Shown piece by piece: positions 1 to 11,650 of a DNA stretch of 64,000 nucleotides. The position numbers and the translations under genes are program-made. Origin of the DNA: the human T2T-CHM13v2.0 reference genome, Homo sapiens; assembly GCF_009914755.1 (NCBI RefSeq), contig NC_060925.1; one strand, written 5' to 3'. The notes under the pieces were generated by a model. That model saw only the letters and a program-made list of their open reading frames with translations. It searched no databases and had not been told where the DNA came from. Every line of letters starts with the position of its first letter. Positions within the stretch are counted from its first letter, which is position 1.

Positions 1-681
1 CAACTGAGGGTCATCTGCCAGCAGCACCCACCACAGCAGCTGGGGTAATTAATTCTTCATTCCCAAAAGGGGATCTGAGCAACATATCACAGCACGCGGC
101 ACAGTGCACCTCTTACACCATTTGGATCCACTTCTTCACCAAAGTCCTAGGAGCAGTTCCTCCAGCATTCTTGTAAACCCCTGGTTGGGGAGGGAACTTG
201 GAAGATGAAGGTCAGTGGGATCGCCTACAGTCCCCACCATGGCAATTGGCTTTGGAGCTACAATTGACATTCTCACCATCCTCTGTTATCCATTATAGAT
301 CCCCTTACTCTCAGCTAGTATCCCTGCTGCTTTTGCTATCCTATTGGTGGCATGAGCTAGACCCTAACAGGATCTGTACTCCTGGTTACCATGCCCTCCT
401 CAGGCCAAGGTTGCTGCACATCCTTCTAAAATTGGTCAAGAGAGTCTCAAAAGATGCCCAAGTGGATCATCTGAGTATCAAACCTAATTCCCTCTGCTCC
501 TAGCAGCCCTGCCTCTTCCTGCTGACCAGAGTAAATCACTCTAGCCAACTAGTGACTCCTCTTCTTGCCTGCTGGTTCCTAAGCACAATGAGTTTGAAGT
601 GCCAAAGCAGTAATAGTTTATAATTCAGCCAGGTGCCTGCTGTGTCCCTTGGCAGCAGTATTTTTTCCTTTAGAAAATGGA

Positions 682-987
<306 letters not shown>

Positions 988-1475
988 TTATATACGCAGA
1001 GCCTTGAGTTCTGGGGATGAGAAGCCCATGTTCCCCAAGTGGCTCACTAAGAGTGGGGCTCTGGTTTCTACCATTTGGTTTCCATACTTATGAATCCTAC
1101 ATATTAGGTGCATAGCACTGTATAAAATTTTTTATTTAAGGTATATGCTGTTTCCTGAAAGATAGCACCACATCCCCTGAGATGGCACTACTGTGTGCCT
1201 TGAGTAGGTTATTGCATCACTCTATCAGGCCAGCATTTTTAGGTGGTGTAGTATGTGATATGATCAGCAGATTCCCCGTCAAGTGCTCACCAACTCAACT
1301 CTTTGGCAGTAAAGTATGTCCCATGTACTGATGCCATGTTATGTGAAATCCTGTGCCAATGGATTAGGTACTCTACAAGCCTCCAATAGTGATGCTGGCT
1401 GTGATCCTGTTGGCATGACAGGCAAATCCATATCTGGAATATGTGTATATTCATGTCAAAATAAAGTGCTGCCTC

Positions 1476-1938
1476 CTATTCACAACAGCAAAGACATGGA
1501 ATCAACCTAAATGCCCACCAATGATAGAACTAGATAAAGAAAATGTTGTACATATACACCATGGAATACTATGCAGTCATAAAAGGGACCAAGATCATGT
1601 CCTTTGCAGGGACATGGATGGAGTTGGAAGCCATTATCCTTGCTTGGCAGACTAACACAGGAACAGAAAACCAAACACTGCATGTTCTCACTTATAAGGG
1701 GGAGCTGAATGATGAGAACACAGGGACACATGGAGGGGAACAACACACACTGGGGTCTGTCAGAGGTGGGTGGGGAGGAAGAGAGCATCAGGAAGAATAG
1801 CTAATGAATGCTGGACTTAATACCTAAGTGATGGGATGATCTGTGCAGCAAGCCACCATGGCACACATTTACCTGTGTAACAAACCTGCACATCCTGCAC
1901 GCGTAACCCAGAACTTAAAAGTTGAAGGAAAAATAAAT
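1476..1938 (+). mobile_element. 5'-truncated older L1PA (ORF2 end + 3' UTR)
   Basis: YTMEYYAVIK...SFAGTWMELEAIIL is the ORF2 C-terminus. 17-bp TSD aaataaagtgc(t/c)gcctc at 1459-1475 and 1939-1955. Confidence 0.93.
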
Positions 1939-2267
1939 AAATAAAGTGCCGCCTCTTCCAAAGTAGAAGAGATCCAGTATAGTCAACTTGCCACCAAGTG
2001 GCCAGTTGTTCTCCTTGAGGGATGGTGTTGAATCTGTCGTTCTCTGTTGCTAGCAGGTTGGTCATTAGACAGTGACAGTAGATAAATCAGCCTTGGGTGT
2101 TCATGCTGCTGTGCCCATGGGCAGCCTCCAACCCTGCCAGCATGATTCATATTCATTGGTCCATTTTGCCAACACAGGAGTGGCCAATAATAGATCCTTT
2201 CAGCATACTTGGTTCTGTAATATCTGTTCTGTGGTAGAATGTGCTCCAATAGGCATAAAAAATGTGA

Positions 2268-2655
<388 letters not shown>

Positions 2656-3334
2656 CCAGTCTTGTTATATCCAAATTCCTACTTAGCCAGCCTACCCACT
2701 CCCCATAACTCATGAGTCCACATATATTCTAGCCTTGGAACACTTGTTTTTACACACAAACTGGATGATTAGGTGGGCTTCCTTAGCTCTTCCCACTATG
2801 AAGATTTTCTCCCATTTCAATCTCACCCTGAGTGGAGCTATAGTTCAGCTACCAAACATACCCACAACTAAGCCAACCCATCCATGAATCACAATCAGGT
2901 TTTTTTCTTCTTTCATCAACAGATCATAGGGAATACCATGTGTAGCCACATATGTGAGCTGAGGAAAAGGTTCTGGTGTAACTGTGGCAGAGGTCATGAG
3001 ACCTGGGCCACCTGATAGTGCAGCTTGCTTGTGCCTTTTGGTCCTGTCTGTGTACAATTCTAGATATATCACTTCCATCATAAGAAAGCCAGGCCCTCAG
3101 AAAGCCAGGCCCTCCTGACCTTATGACTTGGTGGCTCTGAACAAACTTAGCTTATGATGGCCAATCCCAAATGCATGCTAACTTAATGTCTGATGATCAA
3201 GCATTCCAGCCCTCTGGGGAGCATTAACACTTTATGAGCTGTTTTTCAAATGGTATGTAATTCTCTGTTACAGATAATACAGCCTTGCCCAAGAATTCCA
3301 GGTATCTATGTTGTGATTCTCTCACTGAACTAAT

Positions 3335-3381
3335 TCCTTTCCTTTCACCTTCCTTCCTTCTTCCTTCCTTCCTTCCTTCTT
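3335..3381. repeat. (TTCC)n microsatellite
   Basis: Visible ttcc run at the tail of the reverse L1. Confidence 0.85.
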
Positions 3382-3587
3382 GATACATAATATTTGTACA
3401 TATTCATGTGGTAGATGTGATATTTTGATACATGCATATAATGTGTAATGATCAAATCAGGCTATTTAGGGTATCCTGATTTAGTATTTAGGATTACCTT
3501 GAACATTTATCATTTCTTTGTGTTGGAGACATTTCAAATCTCTTCTAGCTATTTTGAAATACACAATACATCATTAACTATAGTCAG
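3381..3587 (-). mobile_element. L1MA-type 3' UTR, left part (split by HERV-H)
   Basis: L1MA-like text gtgatattttgatacatgcatataatgtgtaatgatcaaatcagg...ttctagctattttgaaata, which resumes at 8787. Confidence 0.8.
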
Positions 3588-4041
3588 TGTCAGGCCTCTG
3601 AGCCCAAGCCAAGCCATCACATCCCCTGTGACCTGCACCTATACGCCCAGATGGCCTGAAGTAACTGAAGAATCACAAAAGAAGTGAATATGCCCTGCCC
3701 CACCTTAACTGATGACATTCCACCACAAAAGAAGTGTAAATGGCCGGTCCTTGCCTTAACTGATGACATTACCTTGTGAAAGTCCTTTTCCTGGATCATC
3801 CTGGCTCAAAAAGCACCCCCACTGAGCACCTTGCGACCCCTACTCCTTCCCGCCAGAGAACAAACCCCCTTTGACTGTAATTTTCCTTTACCTACCCAAA
3901 TCCTATAAAAACGGCCCCACCCTTATCTCCCTGGGCTGACTCTCTTTTCGGACTCAGCCCGCCTGCACCCAGGTGAAATAAACAGCCATGTTGCTCACAC
4001 AAAGCCTGTTTGGTGGTCTCTTCACACGGACGCGCATGAAA
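3588..4041 (+). promoter_or_regulatory. 5' LTR7 (promoter/enhancer)
   Basis: tgtcaggcctctgagcccaagc...gcgcatgaaa; TATAAAA 3904-3910; AATAAA 3977-3982. Confidence 0.97.
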
Positions 4042-4043
4042 TT

Positions 4044-4061
4044 TGGTGCTGTGACTCGGAT
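4044..4061 (+). other. Primer binding site, tRNA-His
   Basis: TGGTGCTGTGACTCGGAT matches the complement of the tRNA-His 3' end (TGGTGCCGTGACTCGGAT) at 17/18. Confidence 0.95.
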
Positions 4062-4184
4062 CGGGGGACCTCCCTTGGGAGATCAATCCTCCGTCCTCCT
4101 GCTCTTTGCTCCATGAGAAAGATCCACCTACGACCTCAGGTCCTCAGACCGACCAGCCCAAGGAACATCTCACCAATTTTAAAT

Positions 4185-4193
4185 CAGGTAAGT
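4185..4193 (+). other. HERV-H leader (major) splice donor
   Basis: CAG|GTAAGT, junction 4187/4188. Confidence 0.85.
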
Positions 4194-4466
4194 GGCCTCT
4201 TCTTACTCTCTTCTCCAACCTCTCTCACTGTCCCTCAACCACTTTCTCCTTTCCACTCTTCAATCTCTCCCTTCTCTTAATTTCAATTCCTTTCATTTTC
4301 TGGGAGAGACAAAGGAGACGCATTTTATCCGTGGATCCAAAACTCCGGCACCGGTCAGGGACTGGGAAGGCAGCCTTCCCTTGGTGTTTAATCATTGCAG
4401 GGACACCTCTCTGATTATACACCCACGTTTCAAGGGTGTCCGACAATGCAGGGATGCCTGCCTTGG

Positions 4467-4775
4467 TCCTTCACCCTTAGTGGCAAGTCCTGCTTTTCTG
4501 GGGAAGGGGCAAGTACCCCTCAACCCCTTCTCTCCTTGTCTCTACCCCTTCTCTGCTTTCCTGGGGGAGGGGCAAGTACCCCTCAACCCCTTCTCCTTCA
4601 CCCTTAGTGGCAAGTCCTGCTTTCCTGGGGCAGGGGCAAGTATCCCTCAACCCCTTCTCCTTCACCCTTAGTGGCAAGTCCCGCTTTCCTGGGGCAGGGG
4701 CAAGTACCCCTCAACCCCTTCTCCTTCACCCTGAGCGGCAAGTCCCACTTTCCTGGGGGGCAAGAACCCCCCAAT
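4467..4775 (+). repeat. ~64-bp tandem repeats in the HERV-H leader
   Basis: ttctccttcaccc recurs at 4591, 4655 and 4719, with degenerate copies upstream. Confidence 0.9.
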
Positions 4776-5069
4776 CGCTTATTTCCACACCCCAACCTCT
4801 TATCTCTGTGCCCCAATCTCTTATCCCTTATTTCTGCACCCTGACCTCTTATCTCTGTGCCCCAATCCCTTATTTCCGTGCCCCAACCCCTTCTCTGCTT
4901 TCCTGGAGGGCAAGAACCCCCCACCCCTTCTCTGTGTCTCTGCTCTTTTCTCTGGGCTTGCCTCCTTCACTATGGGTAAGCTTCCACCTTCCATTCCTCC
5001 TTCTTCTCCCTTAGCCTGTGTTCTCAAAAACTTAAAACCTCTTCAACTCACACCTGACCTAAAACCTAA

Positions 5070-6190
5070 ATGGCTTATTTTCTTCTGCAATGCCGCTTGA
5101 CCCCAATACAAACTCGACAGTAGTTCCAAACAGCCAGAAAATGGCACTTTGAATTTTTCCATCCTGCAAAATCTAAATAATTCTTGTCGTAAAATAGGCA
5201 AACGGTCTGAGGTGCCTGACGTCCAGACATTCTTTTACACATCAGTCCCTTCCTAGTCTCTGTGCCCAGTGCAACTCGTCCCAAATCTTCCTTCTTTCCC
5301 TCCCGCCTGTCCCCTCAGTACCAACCCCAAGCGTCGCTGAGTCTTTCTAATCTTCCTTTTCTACAGACCCATCTGACCTCTCCCTTCCTCCCCAGCCTGC
5401 TCCTCGCCAGGCCGAGCTAGGTCCCAATTCTTCCTCAGCCTCTGCTCCTCCACCCTATAATCTTTTTATCACCTCCCCTCCTCACACCTGGTCCGGCTTA
5501 CAGTTTCGTTCCGTGACTAGCCCTCCCCCACCTGCCCAGCAATTTACTCTTAAAAAGGTGGCTGGAGCCAAAGGCATAGTCAAGGTTAATGCTCCTTTTT
5601 CTTTATCCCAGATCAGATAGCGTTTAGGCTCTTTTTCATCAAATATAAAAATCCAGCCCAGTTCATGACTTGTTTGGCAGCAACCCTGAGACACTTTACA
5701 GCCCTAGACCCTAAAAGGTCAAAAGGCCGTCTTATTCCCAATATACACTTTATTACCCAATCTGCTCCCGACATTAAATAAAACTCCAAAAATTAGAATC
5801 TGGCCCTCAAACCCCACAACAGAACTTAATTAACCTCACCTTCAAGGTGTACAATAATAATAAAAAAAAAAACAGTTGCAATTCCTTGCCTCCATTGTGA
5901 GACAAACCCCAGCCACATCTCCAGCACACAAGAACTTTCAAACCGCAGCAGCCAGGCGTTCCTCCAGAACCTCCTCCCCCAGGAGCTTGCTACACGTGCG
6001 GGAAATCTGGCCACTGGGCTAAGGAATGCCCGCAGCCCAGGATTCCTCCTAAGCTGCGTCCCATCTGTGTGGGACCCCACTGAAAATCGGACTGTTCAAC
6101 TCACCTGGCAGCCACTCCCAGAGCCCCTGGAACTCTGGCCCAAGGCTCTCTGACTCCTTCCCAGATCTTCTCAGCTTAGCGGCTGAAGAC
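5070..6190 (+). pseudogene. gag: HERV-H gag remnant
   Basis: LIFFCNAA*PQYKL N-terminal motif; zinc knuckle CYTCGKSGHWAKEC at 5988-6029; second knuckle CPICVGPH*KSDC has a stop. Confidence 0.85.
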
Positions 6191-6258
6191 TGACGCTGCC
6201 GGATCGCCTCGGAAGCCCCCAGACCATCACGGATGCCGAGCTTCGGGTAACTCTCACA

Positions 6259-6520
6259 GTGGAGGGTAAGTCCGTCCCCTTCTTAATCAATACGGAGGCT
6301 ACCCACTGCACATTACCTTCTTTTCAAGGGCCTGTTTCCCTTGCCTCCATAACTGTTGTGGGTATTGACAGCCAGGCTTCTAAACCTCTTAAAACTCCCC
6401 AACTCTGGTGCCAACTTGGACAACACTTTTTTAGTTATCCCCACCTGCCAGTTCCTTATTAGGCTGAGATATTTTAACCAAATTAACTGCTTTCCTGACT
6501 ATTCCTGGACTACAGCTACA
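6259..6520 (+). pseudogene. pro: HERV-H protease remnant (inactive)
   Basis: FLINTEATH replaces the catalytic DTGA motif; frameshifted downstream. Confidence 0.85.
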
Positions 6521-6635
6521 TCTCATTGCCGCCCTTCTCCCCAACCCAAAGCCTCCTTCGCGTCTTCCTCTCATATCCCCCCACTTTAACCCACAAGTAT
6601 GAGACATCTGTACTCCTTCCCTGGCAACCGATCAC

Positions 6636-7760
6636 ATGCCCATTACCATCCCATTAAAACCTAATCACCCTTACCCTGCTCAACGCCAATATCCCATCCC
6701 ACAGCAGGCTTTAAAAGGATTAAAGCCTGCTATCACTCGCCTGCTACAGCATGGGCTTCTAAAACCTATAAACTCTCCTTACCATTCCCCCATTTTACCT
6801 GTCCTAAAACCAGACAAGGCTTACGAGTTAGTTCAGAATCTGCGCCTTATCAACCAAATTGTTTTGCCTATCCACCCCATGGTGCCAAACCCATATACTC
6901 TCCTATCCTCAATACCTCCCTCTACTACCCATTATTCTGTTCTAGATCTCAAACATGCTTTCTTTACTATTCCTTTGCACCCTTCATCCCAGTCTCTCTT
7001 TGCTTTCACTGAGACTGACCCTGACACCCATTAGGCTCAGCAAATTACCTGGGCTGTACTGCCGCAAAGCTTCACAGACAGCCCCCATTACTTCAGTCAA
7101 GCCCAAATTTCATCCTCATCTGTTACCTATCTTGGCATAATTATCATAAAAACACACGTGCTCTCCCTGCTGATCGTGTCTGATTAATCTCCCAAACCTC
7201 AATCCCTTACAAAACAACAACTCCTTTCCTTCCTAGGCCTGGTTAGTGCGGTCAGAATTCTTACACAAGAGCCAGGACCGCACCCTGTAGCCTTTCTGTC
7301 CAAACAACTTGACATTACTGTTTTAGCCTAGCCCTCATGTCTGCGTGCAGCAGGTGCCGCTGCTTTAATACTTTTAGAGGCCCTCAAAATAAGTAGAGGC
7401 CTTTCCTACAGGGTCTGAGAAGGCCACCACAGTCATTTCTTCCCTTCTGTTAGACATAATTCCTCAGTTTAGCCTTCCCACCTCTATACAGTCTGATAAC
7501 AGACCAGCCTTTATTAGTCAAATCAGCCAAGCATATTTTCAGGCTCTTAGTATTCAGTGACAGACTAATGGTCTATTAGAAACACACCTCACCAAGCTCA
7601 GCAACCAACTTAAAAAGGACTGGACAATACTTTTACCACTTTCACTTCTCAGAATTCAGGCCTGTCCTCGGAATGCTACAAGGTACAGCCCATTTGAGCT
7701 CCTTTGTATTAGGCCCCAGTCTCATTCCAGACACTGGACCAACTTAGACTGTGCCCCAAA
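6636..7760 (+). pseudogene. pol: HERV-H pol remnant (RT N-terminus, integrase fragments)
   Basis: QYPIP...SPILPVLKPD...VLDLKHAFFTIPLHP followed by LPQSFTDSP; the YxDD region is not recognisable; stops and deletions present. Confidence 0.9.
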
Positions 7761-8320
7761 AAAACTTGTCATCCCTACTATCTCCTGTCTAGCCATACTC
7801 CTATTCACCGTTCTCAACTACTCATACATGCCCTGCTCTTGTTTACACTGCCGGTTTACACTGTTTCTCCAAGCCATCACAGCTATCTCCTGGTGCTATC
7901 CCCAAACTGCCACTCTTAACTCTTGAAGTAAATAAATAATCTTTGCTGGCAGGACTATGCTGAATCTCCTTAGGCACTCTCTAATCAGATGTTCTAGGTC
8001 CTCCCAATTCTTAGACCATTTATACCCGTTTTTCCCCTTCTCTTATTTCATTTAGTTTTTCAATTCATACAAAGCCGTATCCAGGCCATCACCAATCATT
8101 CTATATGACAAATGTTTCTTCTAACATCCCCACAATATCACCCCTTACCACAAGACCTCCCTTCAGCTTAATCTCTCCCACTCTAGGTTCCCACGCCGCC
8201 CCTAATCCCGCTTGAAGCAGCCCTGAGAAACATCGCCCATTCTCTCTCCATACCACCCCCCAAAAATTTTCACCGCCCCAACACTTCAACACTATTTTGT
8301 TTTATTTTTCTTATTAATAT

Positions 8321-8333
8321 AAGAAGGCAGGAA
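8321..8333 (+). other. Polypurine tract
   Basis: aagaaggcaggaa directly before the 3' LTR. Confidence 0.9.
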
Positions 8334-8786
8334 TGTCAGGCCTCTGAGCCCAAGCCAAGCCATCACATCCCCTGTGACCTGCACCTATACGCCCAGATGG
8401 CCTGAAGTAACTGAAGAATCACAAAAGAAGTGAATATGCCCTGCCCCACCTTAACTGATGACATTCCACCACAAAAGAAGTGTAAATGGCCGGTCCTTGC
8501 CTTAACTGATGACGTTACCTTGTGAAAGTCCTTTTCCTGGCTCATCCTGGCTCAAAAAGCACCCCCACTGAGCACCTTGTGGCCCCTACTCCTTCCCGCC
8601 AGAGAACAAACCCCCTTTGACTGTAATTTTCCTTTACCTACCCAAATCCTATGAAACAGCCCCACCCTTATCTCCCTGGGCTGACTCTCTTTTCGGACTC
8701 AGCCCGCCTGCACCCAGGTGAAATAAACAGCCATGTTGCTCACACAAAGCCTGTTTGGTGGTCTCTTCACACGGACACACGTGAAA
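8334..8786 (+). mobile_element. 3' LTR7
   Basis: Near-identical to the 5' LTR; AATAAA 8722-8727; TATA changed to TATGAAA at 8650-8656. Confidence 0.97.
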
Positions 8787-8945
8787 GTCAGTCTACTAAG
8801 CTATGGAACACTAGAACTTATTCTTTCTATCCAGCTAATGTTTGTACCCATTAACCAACCCCTCTTCATCCCTACATATTCCCTCCCCCACACCACACAC
8901 ACACACACCCTTCTCATTCTCTGGTAACTATCATTTAAATCTTTA
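8787..8945 (-). mobile_element. L1MA-type 3' UTR, right part
   Basis: ctagaacttattctttctatc...tttgtacccattaaccaacc continues the fragment that ends at 3587. Confidence 0.8.
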
Positions 8946-9059
8946 CCTCATTGAACTCAATTCCTTCTTGCACCACCTGCCACGGAAATTTTGGCGTTTC
9001 TACCTAACTTAGTGTACCCTCTTCCCACGAAGAAATTTCCTTTCCTGCCTTGCTCTTCT

Positions 9060-9180
9060 ATTTTTGTTTATTCATTAAATACTTACTGAGTTCTTAATAC
9101 GTGCCAGGCACTGTGCTAGGTGTTTCAGGTTCAAAGAATAGGGCCCAGTACCTACTGTCAATAGCTTACAAACTAGTTGA
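9060..9180 (-). mobile_element. L2 3' end fragment
   Basis: ttcattaaatacttactgag...gtgccaggcactgtgctagg motif. Confidence 0.7.
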
Positions 9181-9209
9181 AAATGTGTGTGTTTAATCTA
9201 GATAAGATA

Positions 9210-9604
9210 CATTCAATGTGTCACTTAACAACAGGAACATATTCTGAGAAATGCATCTTTAGGTGATTTTGTCATTGTGCAAACACCATAGAGCATACAT
9301 CTGCAAACCTTGATGGTATAGCCTACTACACACCTAAGCTATATGGTATGGCCTATTACTCCCAGGCTACAAACCTGTACTGCATGTTACTGTATTGAAT
9401 ACTGCAGACATCTGTAACACAATGGTAAGTATTTGTGTATTTAAATGTATCTAAACTTGGAAAAAGTTATGTGTTGAGCCATGATGTTATGAAAGCTATG
9501 TCACTAGGCAACAGGAATTTTTCAGCTCCCTTATAATCTTATGGGACCAATGTTGCATATGTGGTTTGTCAATGACTGAAATATCATTATGTGGTGTGTG
9601 ACTG
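9210..9604 (-). mobile_element. Tigger3-family (TcMar-Tigger) non-autonomous DNA transposon
   Basis: ggtatagcctactacacacctaagctatatggtatggcctatt core; degenerate TIRs; TA on both flanks. Confidence 0.85.
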
Positions 9605-11319
9605 TAGTTGAAAATGAAAGTAGAGGGCATAAGGTTATGTTTTATACTTCTGTGTGATCCACTGCACATAGCATGTGGAAAGAATAAACGAATAAATAGG
9701 AAATCAAATGAAGGAATGTGAAACCTAACTAACCTACTGAGATAACAGCACCATGTCCATAAGGCACTTCTAACCTTATGGGTGCAGCTCTCTGTAGCTC
9801 TCTGTGTTTTCCAGCTCATCTTTGGCTTTTATCTTGGGAGACATCTGGTTTCACAACATGTCTTCATGGGACAATCAGGCACTATGGTTGCCCTCTATCT
9901 CTGTCATGGCATGTGAAGGGGGATGGGTAGAGAGTTCCAGATGTGAGCCTCTGGATTCTTTGCAAATACTGTTCCCTTTTTCTGGGTTATTCAAGAAAAA
10001 CAATTGTCTTTTCCTGTTAAAATTACCAACACCCTGCTCACAGCATCACCATCAAGCTTTGAGAGACAGAGCAGCTAAAAACGACTCACAGCAAATGGCC
10101 ACGGATGAGTCAGAAACACTTAAAAGCTGTGATCAGGGGCCAGTTCAGTGCACAGTGCTCCATGGTTAGGCAAGCAGGAGTCACCTCCAGGGAGGCTAAC
10201 AATTATTCCCATCCCCTTGAATGCTAAGCACCACCCCCCAAGCACCTGGCTTCTCGTTAATTTACCTGTGACATGTTGCTACACTTAATTGCATTTGACA
10301 ATTAGTAACATTTCAACACCTCTTTTAATGGAACAATTAAAACAGTGCTTGTCTCAGTTGCAAGAAAATATATGAGCTGATTTGTCAGAGGAAAAGAAAA
10401 AAAAGACCAAACATAAACCTCCAGTGATAATTCAGTTATAGACAGCTTTGAGGTAAGCCCCTTCCCTTTTGCATTTTCCAAGAATTGTGTAAAACACATT
10501 TTCATGTCTGTTTGTTTGTTGCTTGGTTTCCCTGAATGAGCATTTCTCACCAGACAGCTCCTGGCTGTCTGTGCAGCCACGTGATATTAATTACAAGGAA
10601 GAATGGATGCTAAGCAGTTGCTGTTACTCATTTCTCACTCGTGTTGTTGCATTGATTGCTTGGGAAAGCAGATGCCCCAAAGGCAGCTCTTCCACACAAT
10701 CAATGGGAGCCCTGGGGAGAGCCGTGAAGTCTTTGAGTCTTTGTCCTGGCTCCCATTTCTCTCCAAGTAACAGACACGAGAGAAAGTGTGGCCTCCTTAT
10801 TCTCCTTGGGGTCCCTGAAAGAAACTTAAATAATTCTTATTTTTATTATCCTCCCCTCCCCTATTAGTAACAGAGAAAAATTATGCTGCTCTGTTATTGC
10901 AAACGCTTACCTCACAGCAATAGTTTACAAGTCTTTGGACTCATGAATAACTCAATATTACCATTGTAGATAAGGCTGCAAGGGGTGTGTGCTTGAAAAC
11001 TCATCTAATAAAAGCTGTGAGGGGCATAGAATTAAATATGTCATTTGCAATGGGTTGATGCATTTCATTTTCTGAAACAATCATTTAGCAGAGAAGATGG
11101 AATCAATCACTGAAATGGTTTCCGTGTTAGAAAAAGTCCCAAGAATATGGTTGAAGATTCTGTCATTGCCCAGGGCCCACTAAACTCAGGGCAGGTACCT
11201 TGGTCCCCATGTTCCATACCAAACCACATTCACAGCTTACTGCTATTGTGGTTCTAGATGACCTGGAGAGTTGCTACTCCCTAAAGTCATCTGTGCTCTC
11301 CCACCACCGCTTGACTCCT

Positions 11320-11650
11320 GTGCTGTTCCTCCTGCCTGCAATGCCCTTCTCTGCTTATCCAAAACCCACCCGTTTTTCAGGATACAGCTCACACATTCAT
11401 TCCCCAAGAAGCTTCCTAATTGCCTCAACCATTTTCTCTGCCTCACCATACTTGGATGCTTCCTGTATCACTCATCATATATTACTTTGTCTTACAGATA
11501 CTTGGACCATTGACTTATGCCTGCATAGACTGTCAACTCCTCTGAGGACACGAATCCTTTAAATAACCCATACGCTCCAGTGTAGTATACACTTATTTTT
11601 AACTGTTGGGTATCCTTTAATAAGTATTTGTCAAATTGAATTGTACTGAA
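11320..11650 (+). mobile_element. L2 3' fragment
   Basis: tagactgtcaactcct...gaggacacg...taataagtatttgtcaaattgaattg pattern. Confidence 0.6.

Larger units (their letters stand above)
3588..8786 (+). mobile_element. HERV-H provirus, internally deleted and non-autonomous (5199 bp)
   Basis: Two LTR7s, His PBS, gag/pro/pol remnants, PPT, and perfect TSD GTCAG (3583-3587 and 8787-8791). Confidence 0.98.

Noticed and set aside
4467-4775. Repeat array that superficially resembles a CRISPR array
   Set aside because: Contiguous tandem units without unique spacers, inside a primate retroviral leader, with no cas genes.
6636-7034. 132-aa reverse transcriptase ORF as a functional gene
   Set aside because: It is truncated before the catalytic YxDD motif and is part of a defective HERV-H pol.
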